The notes under the pieces are model-generated. The model did not search any database. It saw only the letters and a program-made list of their open reading frames with translations, and was not told the origin of the DNA. Shown piece after piece: positions 46,881 through 60,545 of a stretch of DNA of 64,000 bases. Within the stretch, counting starts at the first letter, position 1, and each line of letters opens with the position of its first letter. Made by a program: the position numbers and the translations under genes. Source of the stretch: Raillietiella orientalis (lineage: Eukaryota); assembly GCA_036172245.1 (NCBI GenBank), contig JAYWIR010000013.1, forward strand, positions 2,604,001 to 2,668,000, in the 5' to 3' direction.

Positions 46881-49800
46881 CGTCTGCGCACTACTCGTCG
46901 CTGCATCCAGCGCCCCAGCCTCTTGCCCACCGATGGGGCAGATGTCGCAACGAACGGTGCGCGCGCACGCGCACACAGTGCGCCTGTTCGCGCCGCTCGC
47001 GCGACCCAGTCGTCGCATCGCCCTCCGGCCACGCACGTCGCCCGCGACGGCAGGGGGCAGTGCGCCGTGGCTCACCCCACTTTGAACTGGTGGCCTTTGA
47101 CTCTTGTGCTGCTTCGCAAGCCCGTTTGCTTTACGTGAATGCTGTGGGCGTGTTCCACGAAGGAAGATTCCTTTCAAAGCTTCCTAACAACGCTCCAGCA
47201 TTCCGTCCTCACCATTCCACGCGGATGCAGCTGTTGAGCATAGTGAGATCTGCAAAACCCGTTGTCAGAATCCACTTTATATTTTTCAACGTATTCGTTA
47301 TTGCTGTAAAGTGTGCTGCTGGGTAGTCAACCTGTCAAGCAAAGGCACTTTAGTGCGAGTGAGCTGTGCAGCCAGTCCAAAATGTCCAAAGTCTTCAAAC
47401 GTGGTAACAATTCTTGTCAAATGCACCCATACTATTGCGTCTTTCACGTTTTGGGAGCACACGTCTGATGTGATGGGTCGATCCAATCGTGCAATGTGAC
47501 CTTACGGTAAGATCTGTTGATCTGCGTGGACTTTCCGTAAGAAAACTATGGGAAGCCACGCGTTTCTCCGTGTTTCCACTTTGGGCACCTCAGGGATGCA
47601 CATTTCCAGGCAAGTGAGTGGCCCTTATGGAAAACAAACGGTTCCACCGCTTCCTCTTCTTGTTGCACAAAATGTGTAGGAAAACGTGTAACGGAACCAT
47701 TTGCATTCATTTTGACCCATGTCATGACTGGTACTGCATCCTTTCTCAACTACAACGAAACCTTCCTGTGCTTCAGGGAACCGGGATTTAGGAAGAAGTC
47801 ACCTGAATCCAACAACTCGAATCGAGAAAATGGCAACGGAATATAATTTTTGTTTTTGGGGGTTTTTTTTTGGAGGAGGGCAGGGGAATCCGGACGTTTC
47901 GGTGGAGGATTCGTCATGTACCATGCACTCATTATTGAATGCGGAATGGTTCATCATCAAAGAAAGTGCTGCTGCTATTGTTCATCCAATGTCGAACGAC
48001 ACGAACGCAGCATCTGCTGAATCGTGTGGGTGCAGTTCCTGCGTTGGTGCACTTGCAAGCTGTGCACAGAACATTCTTGCTGCTTTCTGGATGACGCAGT
48101 GGACTGCAATGCCCAATGCTTAACACCTCTTTATGTATGTGCTATTCACCACTTACTTCTGTTGCTGAACTGAGGTGCTGAATTTGCAGACCAGCTGGCT
48201 GAATTTCGAAGATGTTCCTTTCAACATTGAATTGAAAATGAAGTCGCTGTGGCAGTGCATTCCTGAGGAACATACTTGCACAATGCATCTCGGATGAAAA
48301 AAAAAAAAATCCCATCTTTGTCCCTGTGTTTCTCTGCTTGCACCTGCTGCACATCCGATGCGAATCGGCGTGGGATTCATTGGGGATGTGTGCATTTCTC
48401 TCAAATGGAGGCAAATGACAGGAGATGTGGCGAATCTGCTGTGGGGCAAGTGGTAGGAGGTGGACGCACTGGCAAATTTTGTAACCCTCACAGGCTCCTG
48501 ACACGTGTTTCGTGGACCTTCAGCAGTAGAGAAATGGCAAACTCGATTGCTTGAGCATCCCGCTTGTCCAGAAAGTGTTTCAATACTGATGCTGGCACTT
48601 CCATCTGCGGCGAAAGAAATTCGATGCCGTGTTGACCAGTTGGGTTGAGCAAAGTTGGCTGCTCAGTGAAAGGGGAATGAGGTTTTAGTTCATTGGAAAC
48701 GAAAGTACCTAGCATGGGACTTGGCTTGTGTAAAGTATTGCACAAACAGCTGCACAAGTTCGTTCTGTGCGTTGATGTATATTTCTATTTATATGTATTA
48801 TCAGCAGATGTTTTAAAGGAATAGATGAATACCAAAGTTGGGTATGATGAATAGCATTCGGTAAACACCCGGCTGCGCATGCATTGATCTCGTGAACGGA
48901 CGGCAGGCAACTGTGCTGAAGACTTCTTGTCGGCCGTCCGTGACTCCACTGGTGGACTACGCATCGATATTAATTCAACATATTGAATCTGTGCAGCATC
49001 CATTGGACCGGACCAACGGGAGGACGCGCGCATTGCGTGTTTGGGAAGGCCCCTCCCTCCTCTTCAGCGATGCACGTGCGGCTCTCCTGATGGATGAGAG
49101 GGGATCACGGACTGCCTCAAAGCTTTGCTTCCTTCGGATGCATATTCTGCTGTTCTCTGCATGTCGATTGACACCGGCGGGGAACGCATGCACGGCCGAG
49201 TGCTTTTGATCTTGCGATTTGCCTTTCCGCAAATTCAGCGGTCCACCCAAAGAAGGTTCCCTCCGCCCCCTGCTGCTTCAATGCCTGCTCGGCCTCGGAA
49301 GAGGGCAGTTGGGCATCTGCAGCGTGGTCCGACAGAGGCTCGAGACAAGGGACGGAGGGTGGCAGCGTCCTCCCGAACTTCGGGTGCGTGGACAGCCAGC
49401 CGGAAGAAGGTCTCCGGGAGTAAGGAGAAAACGTCAGCTTCGCGTGCTGGTGGCGCAGCCGTGTCTCTCCCCCCTCCACCCCGTCCCTCGCGACATTGCA
49501 TGCCGTCCAGAAGCACGTGGAACACGCCGTTGCGTACGTGCGTTCCCGCGGCAAGTGCATTGCTGGCACGCCCAGAGGCACGCTGTCGTGTTCCACGCGT
49601 GCCACGTCGGCGCTCCCGGTGTCGCGGCTGCAAGCGGAGACGCCCAAAGGGTCTCCGCCTCCCGGCCCAAGGGGCAACGCCCGAAAGGCTCTTCACCGTT
49701 TCGGTCGCGTCCAATCCATGTCGCTACCCTCTGCGTAGCGCCGTGGCCTAAAAGAGTCACGTGGGCTCCTTCTGCCCATCTTCCTACTCCACCGACCGGT

Positions 49801-52800
49801 GGAGTAAGAATGGCGCTTCTTGGGCCTCACTTGCGCCGCGGCGCAGCCCGGCAAGCAGGCCGCCGCAAACGAAGAAAGCCTGAAAGACGGCAGCCGATGA
49901 GGGAGATGCGAGCGCATCGAAAACGTGCGCCTTGCCCTTGCCTGGAGATCGAGAGCGTGGCGATAACCACGCAGCCGTGCACGTCCAAGAGGCCGCAAAG
50001 AATGCAAGCGCTTCCGGTAAAAGTGCAATCTCCGGCTGTGCTCTTATCCGACGCGCGACAGAGCGGCAGCTGACAGGCGAGGATGTCTGACCTGCTGAAA
50101 GCGACTTCCCAACGAAATCCGCGCGGACGAGTGCGCAGCGCTCGTGATTGGCTGCCGCTTCAGAAGGGTCTCCGAGCGACGAAGCAGCAGCAGCGTTCCC
50201 ACCCCGCAGCATCTCTCTTTCGGGAGGAGCAGGTTCGATGCGGCAGGAGCGTGTCGGCACGGTCTTGAGCCAACGCCGCTCGCCACGACGACATTTCCTT
50301 CGGCAGAGCGGGCGCGGAGGCCGACGCTTTCTCCGAGATCGCCGCCCGTGCGCATCATTCGTTTCCCGAGATGGGAAACAGGAAGCTGTTGCACCGCGGG
50401 ACAAGTGACCGCGTGTTTCACCAGGTGGCGCTTTCCGCATTCGTGCTAGCAAGTCCACACTTCGGGTCACGAACAGGAGGAAACCCGAGGAGCTGGTACG
50501 AACGACGCACCTCCATCGATGCGAACGAGCGTTGCAAGATCTCGGTTGATGGCCGTCTTCCAACTTCCGCATCCCCAAGGCAATGTCCATCCGAGTTGAT
50601 GAACTCGGGCGCTCGGGCGTGTGCGCAATTCCGTATACGAGAAAAGGAGGATGGCGTGTTGCGATGGTTCCAGGAGAGCAACCCGTCTCCTCGTGTACGG
50701 CGAACACGCCGAAGACATTTCGCCGTTTCCGCCTTTTTCCGTTCGGAGCCTTTCCGCTGGCCCGCCAGGTTTTGCGCGGCGACGGGTGAAAGAAGAAACG
50801 AAACAGCGCTTCCCGTGTTGCACGCGGAGATGACCATCTTGCAGCGGGGGGGGTGGCGATGGCCGAAGCATTCCGATCCGCACGGAAGTGACAAGTTGGA
50901 CGGATTGCAGGCGGTACAAGACCGAGGATCGAAGGTGCAGCGGTTCGTCGGACGGTGCGCGGAGAGAACTTGGTCCGTCGCGAACCTTGGTCTTGGTTCG
51001 CTGTTGGCAGCAGGGGGAAAAGCTTTCCTGCGCCGTGGCGAGACGGCTTCGAAACCCATCTTTCACGTCGAGTGCCTCGTTCCAGGTTCTCCAGAAAACT
51101 TTGCACCGTTCGAGTGCAAACCCCGGAAGGTGAGCACCCCACGAGCGAGTTGACTGCTCTTCGGCCAACACACTTGGTTGACGACGTGTCGCTGCTTTTC
51201 AGCAACTCGTCAGCGTTTGCATGCAAATCTCGCAATCTGGGACGCTGAGTGGACTCGCTCGGGCGATCGCTTTGGGGCCACTTTGAAACTTCCGACGTGG
51301 AGACGGCACCACGCTGTGAGCGTGGCGAAAGTCGCTTCTTCTTGGCGCGCCAAACCCCATTCTGCGCTTCTGGCAACTTCGTGTGCTCAGTCAGCCCGTT
51401 CCTGGAAAAGGGACCACAGATGCGTCCCACCCTGGGGTGTGGCTCGAAACCCTAAACTCCGAAATCCTGCAAAGCAAGTCCCGAACGATCTCAGGAATAT
51501 ACACACGCGCTACCGTACGTGCAAACACATGTATATGCAGAAATTGATGCATAGGTGAACACAAAGTATGATGATGCTTCGAAAATGCTTGCCCATGGTA
51601 TACATGGATTTCTAAGCATAAAATCGCTTCGAGCATTAGCATGGATTTAAAATAACGCATAGATGAATGTACATCGTGATGATCATTGCAAAATCGTGCG
51701 TGTGCTTCTTATGGCATATGGTAGTAACGCGCACGTCGATACCGAAATCACCACATCGCTCGATATACATTCCGGAGATGGGCGGACACTCCAGCTTACG
51801 ATGCCTTGTTTGATTCATTCATTTCACATTCATGAAACGTGCGTTACTATAGCTGTCGGGTACATACGTTGAGATGAGATGAGAAAAAACAAGGAAACGG
51901 GAATACGTGGATGCGTTCCTGCACGAAAGACGAGCTGTGCTCCGAACGAGTGTGGACATACCGCAGACCGAACACGTGGCTGTTGATGCGCGACCAATGA
52001 AAGTCCCGACAACGGGTGTCGTCACTTCCCGAGGAACTTCCGCTCACCGCGTGTCGGAAACGGTGGCAACGCACGCTTCCCGCCTCTTTTCTCGTGGTCG
52101 TTTGTTCGCTTTTCCATTTCAACGTCTCCCACGCTGTTTGGTGGTCACCATTTTTCGGAATCCCGCAGTATGAATCCCCGTGCACGTTTACGCACGTTGC
52201 AAGCACAGCAAGCGTGCACGCTTCCCTTTTCGGCTAATCTTCGCCGCGTCTATCAATGCAAACTAAGCATTATGTAATCATGTGTTGATTCCTAAATGAA
52301 AGTGCACATTAGCGTGTTTGACAGGCGCGCGCGTCAATTGTTTTAGCATCTTGGCGATGTGTAGCTTTTACCCGTACATTTAATCTTTCCCAATGCATAG
52401 GAATGTACGTAATAGGCATGTGTATTTACAGTTCATTGTAATTGATGTGCTTCGATCCGTTGATTCCTTTATAAACTCGTGCGTTCGTGTTGGTAAGAAG
52501 CCTATGTGCTTCTTTTGGAGAACTTTCGTGATTTTCAGGCACACCGGATCCCGAGTGCGAAGAACACGCCGAAGGGCGCAAGGCAGGAAGGAGGCGGATT
52601 TTCGAGAGGCTGCAGCGGGTGGTTCGTGTTCGATTTTTTGTCCGTTGGGTCTCGCAGAGGAGGGCGGTCCTTTCCGCCTAGGAGGATTGAGCGGATTAGA
52701 CGTAGAGTGAGAATCCCTTCGCCACAAGAGAACGGAGGCTTCTCGAATGCCTGGAAAGAGACATCTCTTTCCGATTTGTCATACGACTGCCGCGTGAAAA

Positions 52801-55800
52801 TCGTCGGTGTCGGCCAGTTTAAGGGGACCTGTTTTGAGAACTCACGGTTTAACCTCCGGTACCATGGTAAGGATGGGTCCGTCTTCGTCGTCTAAAACGT
52901 ATACCGAGGGTTTGAAGAGTGAAATTGTGAATTGTGAATACAATAGCTGAATTCACAATCTCGTGATAGGAATGGCAAACATGATTGAGAATGATCTTCC
53001 AGTATGCGATCATGTAGACTCGGCCCCTAAATTGCAGGCAGTTCGGAGAATACCATGAGAACAGCTTTACAAAAGAACTGCAAACACGAAATTTCTTTTT
53101 GTTCATTCGAGAATCCGGTAAAAACGAAGTACTCGCGTGCTGTAGTGCGATAGTAGGCAATGCAAATGCAACAGAAACGGCGAAATGTCTTCGGCGTGTT
53201 CGCCGTACACGAGGAGACGGGTTGCTCTCCTGGAACCATCGCAACACGCCATCCTCCTTTTCTCGTATACGGAATTGCGCACACGCCCGAGCGCCCGAGT
53301 TCATCAACTCGGATGGACATTGCCTTGGGGATGCGGAAGTTGGAAGACGGCCATCAACCGAGATCTTGCAACGCTCGTTCGCATCGATGGAGGTGCGTCG
53401 TTCGTACCAGCTCCTCGGGTTTCCTCCTGTTCGTGACCCGAAGTGTGGACTTGCTAGCACGAATGCGGAAAGCGCCACCTGGTGAAACACGCGGTCACTT
53501 GTCCCGCGGTGCAACAGCTTCCTGTTTCCCATCTCGGGAAACGAATGATGCGCACGGGCGGCGATCTCGGAGAAAGCGTCGGCCTCCGCGCCCGCTCTGC
53601 CGAAGGAAATGTCGTCGTGGCGAGCGGCGTTGGCTCAAGACCGTGCCGACACGCTCCTGCCGCATCGAACCTGCTCCTCCCGAAAGAGAGATGCTGCGGG
53701 GTGGGAACGCTGCTGCTGCTTCGTCGCTCGGCGACCCTTCTGAAACGGCAGCCAATCACGAGCGCTGCGCACTCGTCCGCGCGGATTTCGTTGGGAAGTC
53801 GCTTTCAGCAGGTCAGAGATCCTCGCCTGTCAGCTGCCGCTCTGTCGCGCGTCGGATAAGAGCACAGCCGGAGATTGCACTTTTACCGGAAGCGCTTGCA
53901 TTCTTTGCGGCCTCTTGGACGTGCACGGCTGCGGGGTTATCCCACGCTCTCGATCTCCAGGCAAGGGTACGCACGTTCTCGATGCGCTCGCATCTCCTCA
54001 TCGGCTGCCGTCTTTCAGGCTTTCTTCGTTTGCGGCGGCCTGCTTGCCGGGCTGCGCCGCGGCGCAAGTGAGGCCCAAGAAGCGCCATTCTTACTCCACC
54101 GGTCGGTGGAGTAGGAAGATGGGCAGAAGGAGCCCACGGGACTCTTTTAGGCCACGGCGCTACGCAGAGGGTAGCGACATGGATTTTGACGCGACCGAAA
54201 CGGTGAAGAGCCTTTTCGGCGTTGCCCCTGGGCCGGGAGGAGACCCTTTAAGCGCGTCTCCGCTTGCAGCCGCGACACCGGGAGCGCCGACGTGGCACGC
54301 GTGGAACACGACAGCGTGCCTCTGGGCGTGCCAGCAATGCACTTGCCGCGGGAACGCACGTACGCAACGGCGTGTTCCACGTGCTTCTGGACGGCATGCA
54401 ATGTCGCGAGGGACGGGGTGGAGGGGGGAGAGACACGGCTGCGCCACCAGCACGCGAAGCTGACGTTTTCTCCTTACTCCCGGAGACCTTCTTCCGGCTG
54501 GCTGTCCACGCACCCGAAGTTCGGGAGGACGCTGCCACCCTCCGTCCCTTGTCTCGAGCCTCTGTCGGACCACGCTGCAGATGCCCAACTGCCCTCTTCC
54601 GAGGCCGAGCAGGCATTGAAGCAGCAGGGGGCGGAGGGAACCTTCTTTGGGTGGACCGCTGAATTTGCGGAAAGGCAAATCGCAAGATCAAAAGCACTCG
54701 GCCGTGCATGCGTTCCCCGCCGGTGTCAATCGACATGCAGAGAACAGCGGAATATGCATCCGAAGGAAGCGAAAGCTTTGAGGCGGTCAGTCCCCTCTCA
54801 TCCATCAGGAGAGCCGCACGTGCATCGCTGAAGAGGGAGGGAGGGGCCTTCCCAAACACGCAATGCGCGCGTCCTCCCGTTGGTCCGGTCCAATGGATGC
54901 TGCACAGATTCAATATGTTGGATACAATATCCCGATGCGTAGTCCACCAGTGGAGTCACGGACGGCCGACAAGAAGTCTTCAGCACAGTTGCCTGCCGTC
55001 CGTTCACGAGATCAATGCATGCGCAGCCGGGTGTTTACCGAATGCTATTCATCATACCCAACTTTGGTATTCATCTATTCCTTTAAAACATCTGCTGATA
55101 ATACATATAAATAGAAATATACATCAACGCACAGAACGAACTTGTGCAGCTGTTTGTGCAATACTTTACACAAGCCAAGTCCCATGCTAGGTACTTTCGT
55201 TTCCAATGAACTAAAACCTCATTCCCCTTTCACTGAGCAGCCAACTTTGCTCAACCCAACTGGTCAACACGGCATCGAATTTCTTTCGCCGCAGATGGAA
55301 GTGCCAGCATCAGTATTGAAACACTTTCTGGACAAGCGGGATGCTCAAGCAATCGAGTTTGCCATTTCTCTACTGCTGAAGGTCCACGAAACACGTGTCA
55401 GGAGCCTGTGAGGGTTACAAAATTTGCCAGTGCGTCCACCTCCTACCACTTGCCCCACAGCAGATTCGCCACATCTCCTGTCATTTGCCTCCATTTGAGA
55501 GAAATGCACACATCCCCAATGAATCCCACGCCGATTCGCATCGGATGTGCAGCAGGTGCAAGCAGAGAAACACAGGGACAAAGATGGGATTTTTTTTTTT
55601 TTTCATCCGAGATGCATTGTGCAAGTATGTTCCTCAGGAATGCACTGCCACAGCGACTTCATTTTCAATTCAATGTTGAAAGGAACATCTTCGAAATTCA
55701 GCCAGCTGGTCTGCAAATTCAGCACCTCAGTTCACGGCAACAGAAGTAAGTGGTGAATAGCACCATACATAAAGAGGTGTTAAGCATTGGTGCATTGCAG

Positions 55801-57291
55801 TCCACTGCGTCATCCAGAAAGCAGCAAGAATGTTCTGTGCACAGCTTGCAAGTGCACCAACGCAGGAACTGCACCCAAACGATTCAGCAGATGCTGCGTT
55901 CGTGTCGTTCGACATTGGATGAACAATAGCAGCAGCACTTTCTTTGATGATGAACCATTCCGCATTCAATAATGAGTGCATGGTACATGACGAATCCTCC
56001 ACCGAAACGTCCGGATTCCCCTGCCCTCCTCCAAAAAAAAAAACCCCAAAAACAAAAATTATATTCCGTTGCCATTTTCTCGATTCGAGTTGTTGGATTC
56101 AGGTGACTTCTTCCTACTTCCCGGTTCCCTAAAGCACAGGAAGGTTTCGTTGCAGTTGAGAAAGGATACGGTACCAGTCATGACATGGGTCCAAAATGAA
56201 TGCAAATGGTTCCAAGTTGCACGTTTTCCTACACATTTTGTGCAACAAGAAGAGGAAGCGGTCGAACCGTTTGTTCTCCATAAGGGCCGCTCACTTGCCT
56301 GGAAACGTGCATCCCTGAGGTGGCCAAAGTGGAAACACGGAGAAATGCGTGGCTTCCCGTAGTTTTCTTGCGGAAAGCCCACGCGGATCAACAGATCTTA
56401 CGGTAAGGTCACATTGCACGATTGGATCGACCCATCACGTGAGACGTGTGCTTCCAAAACGTGAAAGACGCAATAATTTGGGTGCATTTGACAAAATGCA
56501 AGAATTCTTTGTTTCCACGTTTGAAGACTTTGGACATTTTGGACTGTCTGCACAGCTCACTCGCACTAAAGTGGCTTCGCTTGACAGGTTGACTACCCAG
56601 CAGCAGCACACTTTACAGCAATGACGAATACGTTGAAAAATATCAAGGGGATTCTGACAACGGGTTTTGCAGATCTCACCATGCTGAACAGCTGCATCCG
56701 CGTGGAATGGTGAGGACGGAATGCTGGAGCGTTGTTAGGAAACTTTGAAAGGAATCTTCCTTCGTGGAACACGCCCACAGCATTCACGTAAAGCAAACGG
56801 GCTTGCGAAGCAGCACAAAGAGTCAAAGGCCATAGGATTCAAGTGGGGTGAGCCACGGCGCACTGCCCACGGCCGTCGCAGGCGACGTGCGACGTCTGCG
56901 TGCGACGACTGGGTCGCGCGAGCGGCGCAGACAGGCGCACTGTGTGCGCGTGCGCGCGCACCGTTCGTTGCGACATCTGCCCCATCGGTGGGCAAGAGGC
57001 TGGGGCGCTGGATGCAGCGACGAGTAGTGCGCAGACGGAAGGACAGAGGGAGAGCGAGGGGTGGCGAGGCAAAGTGCGAAGCAGAAGGGAAAACGAAAAG
57101 AAAAGATGAAATCCTGGAGGAAAAGGGGAAGAGCAGATACTGCAAAGGGGGAAGGGAAGGGGGAGGCGTAGGAGACTGAGGCAAAGCAAGGAGAAGGTCA
57201 AGAGCAAGGGAAGCGAAAGACGTGTAAAGGGGCAATACGGGGCAGGTGGATATGGGGTAAGGGGAGGGGAAATGGGTGCAAGTTAAGTTTC

Positions 57292-57456
57292 ATACTTACC
57301 TGGCTTCGAGGTCTTAATTGTGTTCACGATGGCAATTCCTCCGGAGCGAGGCCTTGCCATTGCACGGCGGCGGGGCTGACCTCCGCGATAACCCCAAATG
57401 CGGGTTACTCGGAAGCATAATTTTTAGGTTGGGAGGCTGCGTTCGCGCAGCCTCCT
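57292..57456 (+). ncRNA. U1: U1 spliceosomal snRNA, copy 2
   Basis: ATACTTACCTGG 5' end; loop I TTCACGA; loop II CATTGCAC; stem III with CAAAT loop; Sm site AATTTTTAG; terminal GGGAGGCTGCG-TTCG-CGCAGCCTCCT hairpin; 165 nt. Confidence 0.93.
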
Positions 57457-60400
57457 TCGAAAGCGACTGCAAAGACAGGAGAAGTGCGGTTGGTGGGGGT
57501 CGCGTGTGGAGCGAAGCGTCTTGGCCAGCTCTCCGGCGTGAAATCTGGAGGAGAACGCAGCGCCTTCTCTTCGGACAGCCGACGCCCGCCCGCCGGTGCG
57601 ACCCAGCAAGGACACCACCCCTGCCAGGAGAGGGCCCGGAATCCGTCCCACCTGAAGGATGGGGAGGCCCCTCGTGAACGGTGCCGAGGCCCGCGTCACC
57701 GATGGGGTAACGGCGGCGGATGGTGGCACCACCGTTCAAGGCCTGGCGCGTGCCAACGTCGCGGCGGCGTCGCCACGACAAGCGACATCGCCAGCTAAGA
57801 GGGACGCGACGCCATCTTGCTGGACCGCCCCAGCCGGCCGTGGCAGCGGGCAAAGTGGCCCCCGACTGCACGAACGCAACAACAGACTTTTGCGAAACGG
57901 TCGATGGGCCAATGGTGAAGGTGGCCCCGAGGCAAAGGCGATCACCTGGAAGACGGACCCAGTGCGAGAGTGAACCGCATCAAAGATTTTCTTTGTGCAC
58001 CTTGCGCTACATACAAAGAAAATGTGCACTTTGACAGAGTGCAAGGGGTAGTCCCGAGCGCGAGTGGCTTCACCACCTTCACGGACTGCGTGAGCCACTG
58101 ATCGACGCGCTCGTAGAAAAAGGGCATCCATCATAATCGATGGGAGAATGAAGGAACGGGATGCGCGGGATTGGCGAGACGACCCACACACACACGGTGT
58201 AGCTCGCCGGGATCATCATCATCAGTCCAAAGCACTCGATCTGAAAATTCGTGAGCCAATACGGGGAGAGTGAAAATCAAACGAAAAGAGGACGCCAGGA
58301 TCGCGGGAATCGTGCACATCGACGAACACTCGCAGGACGTGCTCGTCCGGTATAGCCGGCAACCGGTGTTCTTGCATCGTCTGCGAAAACCTTTGGCCAC
58401 CGGGTGGGTGGGGGAGCATGTCCGCGAGCAAGGTGCTACGACCGCTGCGGGGAAGGGGCAGACAAGGGCAGCGCGCCAGGGCTCGGCACCAGCCGGAAGC
58501 ATGTGCGTTTTGCGAAACTGCGGGTCACGCCCGGTGGAGCTGCGAGGAGCACGGCCATTGGCGCACCACGCGCGGCCTCTCAACCGTGCGACCACGAAAC
58601 GAGGCGGAAGACGACTTCACGAAAGTCGGCAAAAAGAAGCAGGTGGAAGATGCGCCCATAGGGGCTGAAGGTCCCCGAGGAACCGTCATCCACCGAAGCC
58701 ATGCAAATGGCGGAGCCCGTCCCGGTGACGCAGGAAACGCTGCGCGTCAGCCAGGAAGAGGCAGTTCACCCTGGAGTGATCGCTGAAGAACAGCGACGTC
58801 TGCTGACCCGCATGCGCGACGTCGAAAAGGACATCCACAATGCAGTGTTGGAAGATTATGCCCGCAGAGCGCGAGAAGCTGGAGAGTGAATTTTGTCACT
58901 TCATTGGACGTCAAGTCCAACTACTGTGCTGTGGTGGAGCCTGAGGGCTGAAAGGCGTGGACGTTGTTCTTGACGGCTCAGTTTACTTCCTTCCTTTGCA
59001 GTCCTGGTCGGTAGAACAGACCGGGAGACAAGACTATGGACGCCATCTCCTCGAGACAAGATGACGAGATCTCCCTACGCGATGCACGCAGGCATTTCCG
59101 ATCGGTGCATGCGAGAAGGCGGCCCTGCATGGAAGAGAATGGTGGCAGCACTTGAGACCGACTCGTGCCTGCTCGCTGAACTGTCAGCAATGGATGTCAT
59201 GAACTGGTTGATATTTAAGAAGAAAGAATCGCGCGGACCATCGCGCACCATGACACACCTCGTGTGTCTACAGGAAACCCACGTGCTCGGGCTCGAGATC
59301 AGCCTCGAAACGGACTGGCTGTTGAAGGCGCGACCGTTCGTCAGCGAGGCAGACCATCGGTGTGGCGATTTGGATGCACAAAGGTCTCACCCCCACCATC
59401 CCGGAGACCTTCTGTCCCATGCCTGGCGGGATAGTCGGAATACGATTGTCCTGGTGCGCCAACGTTCACCTGGTCCTGATGAACGTGTACGGACTACAGC
59501 AACAGAAACATCGGTGCGCCGAGGCGCGCTGCACGGAGCACTGCAAAAGAGTGGTACCGAAGGACATGGTAATGGTGATGGGAGACCTGAACATCCTAGA
59601 CAGCATCTCTCGTTACCAGGACGCCAAAGGAAGGACGGCTCACCGGCGGCTGTCCGACGAGTTCGGGCTGCTGTGGCTGACAACTGTCCACAAGCCGATC
59701 GACCACGTGCTTTGCATCTCCGACATAGAGCAGCGCATCCACAGGTTTCGCGACACGCAGACTCTGCTGTCCCATCACCCAGTGGTGCGGTTTTCCATGA
59801 AGACAGAAAATTCTCGGCGGAAGAAGGAATTTAGGGCGGCGCTCATCTGCATGCCCGCCTGGTTCGAGACGCTTCCCCGTCACCAGGAAGTCATCCAGGC
59901 GATTCTGCAGACGACCACCATCCGCAGAGTCGCCGACAGCTTGAATCATCGCGTCCATCTTTTCTGCAGTTCGGGGAAAAGCGACTGAGGCAGGAAGCGT
60001 ACCGGGAGCAGAACATTCACGACCGCTCCCTCTCGAAGTACTGGGAACATTCCTTCGAGAGCCGGTACGTCTTCCGACACGCAAAAGGAGAAGTCGGCGT
60101 GCTGGAGAAGAGGAATCTGACAACGGACGTCTTCTGCATCCAGTAAGGCGGTCACAGCCTGCACATGTCGGATGAAATCGTGAAAGCCTTTCAACGGCAG
60201 TGCACGGAACACTTCCGACAGCGACAAGTGCGACCGGCGAAACAGAAACTGTTCCTGCGGTTCATGGAAAAAAGGATAGGATCTCTGATCACCAACGAAC
60301 GACACGAGCTTGAAGAAGACACCTCCGAAGAATTGGAAGCTGCGTTCCAGGAACTCCGCAGGGACGTGGCTACAGGCCCTGATAACGTGGCCGTCACGCA

Positions 60401-60530
60401 GTAGCAGCGGTATCCGCATGTCTGCCTGTGAGGCTCCGCATCCGAGAAGAAGAAGGAAGAATACCTCTACGAGAGTAGAGGATTAGATTGCTGCGGAAAT
60501 TAATCCAGGTCACCCAACGGAGGTCAACCT
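57457..60530 (+). mobile_element. Degenerate L1/Tx1-clade LINE (ORF1 + APE), mirror of 43400-46461
   Basis: CCHC knuckle at about 58502-58543; APE motifs at about 59160-59800. Confidence 0.85.
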
Positions 60531-60545
60531 GTTTGGTTCAATTAA

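Larger units (their letters stand above)
42910..50729. repeat. Left arm of a ~7.8 kb inverted duplication
   Basis: Reverse complement of 53174-61018; mirrored ORFs in the track; both boundaries checked base by base. Confidence 0.95.

Noticed and set aside
47100..48900. Possible decayed coding sequence upstream of U1 (mirror at 55000-56800)
   Set aside because: Stops in all frames and no recognisable motif.
49784..51430. 548-aa minus-strand ORF and its 303-aa mirror at 53160-54071
   Set aside because: Arg/Ala/Ser-rich translation with no motif, many overlapping frames open, and frameshifted between the arms; typical of GC-rich non-coding DNA.
52562..52574. 13-nt match gaacacgccgaag to 50702-50714 near the inner breakpoint
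   Set aside because: Short and about 600 nt from the actual junction; chance cannot be excluded.
53867..53890. Hairpin containing ATTGCAC, like a U1A/U2B'' binding loop
   Set aside because: No U2 5' sequence or Sm site at the expected distance.
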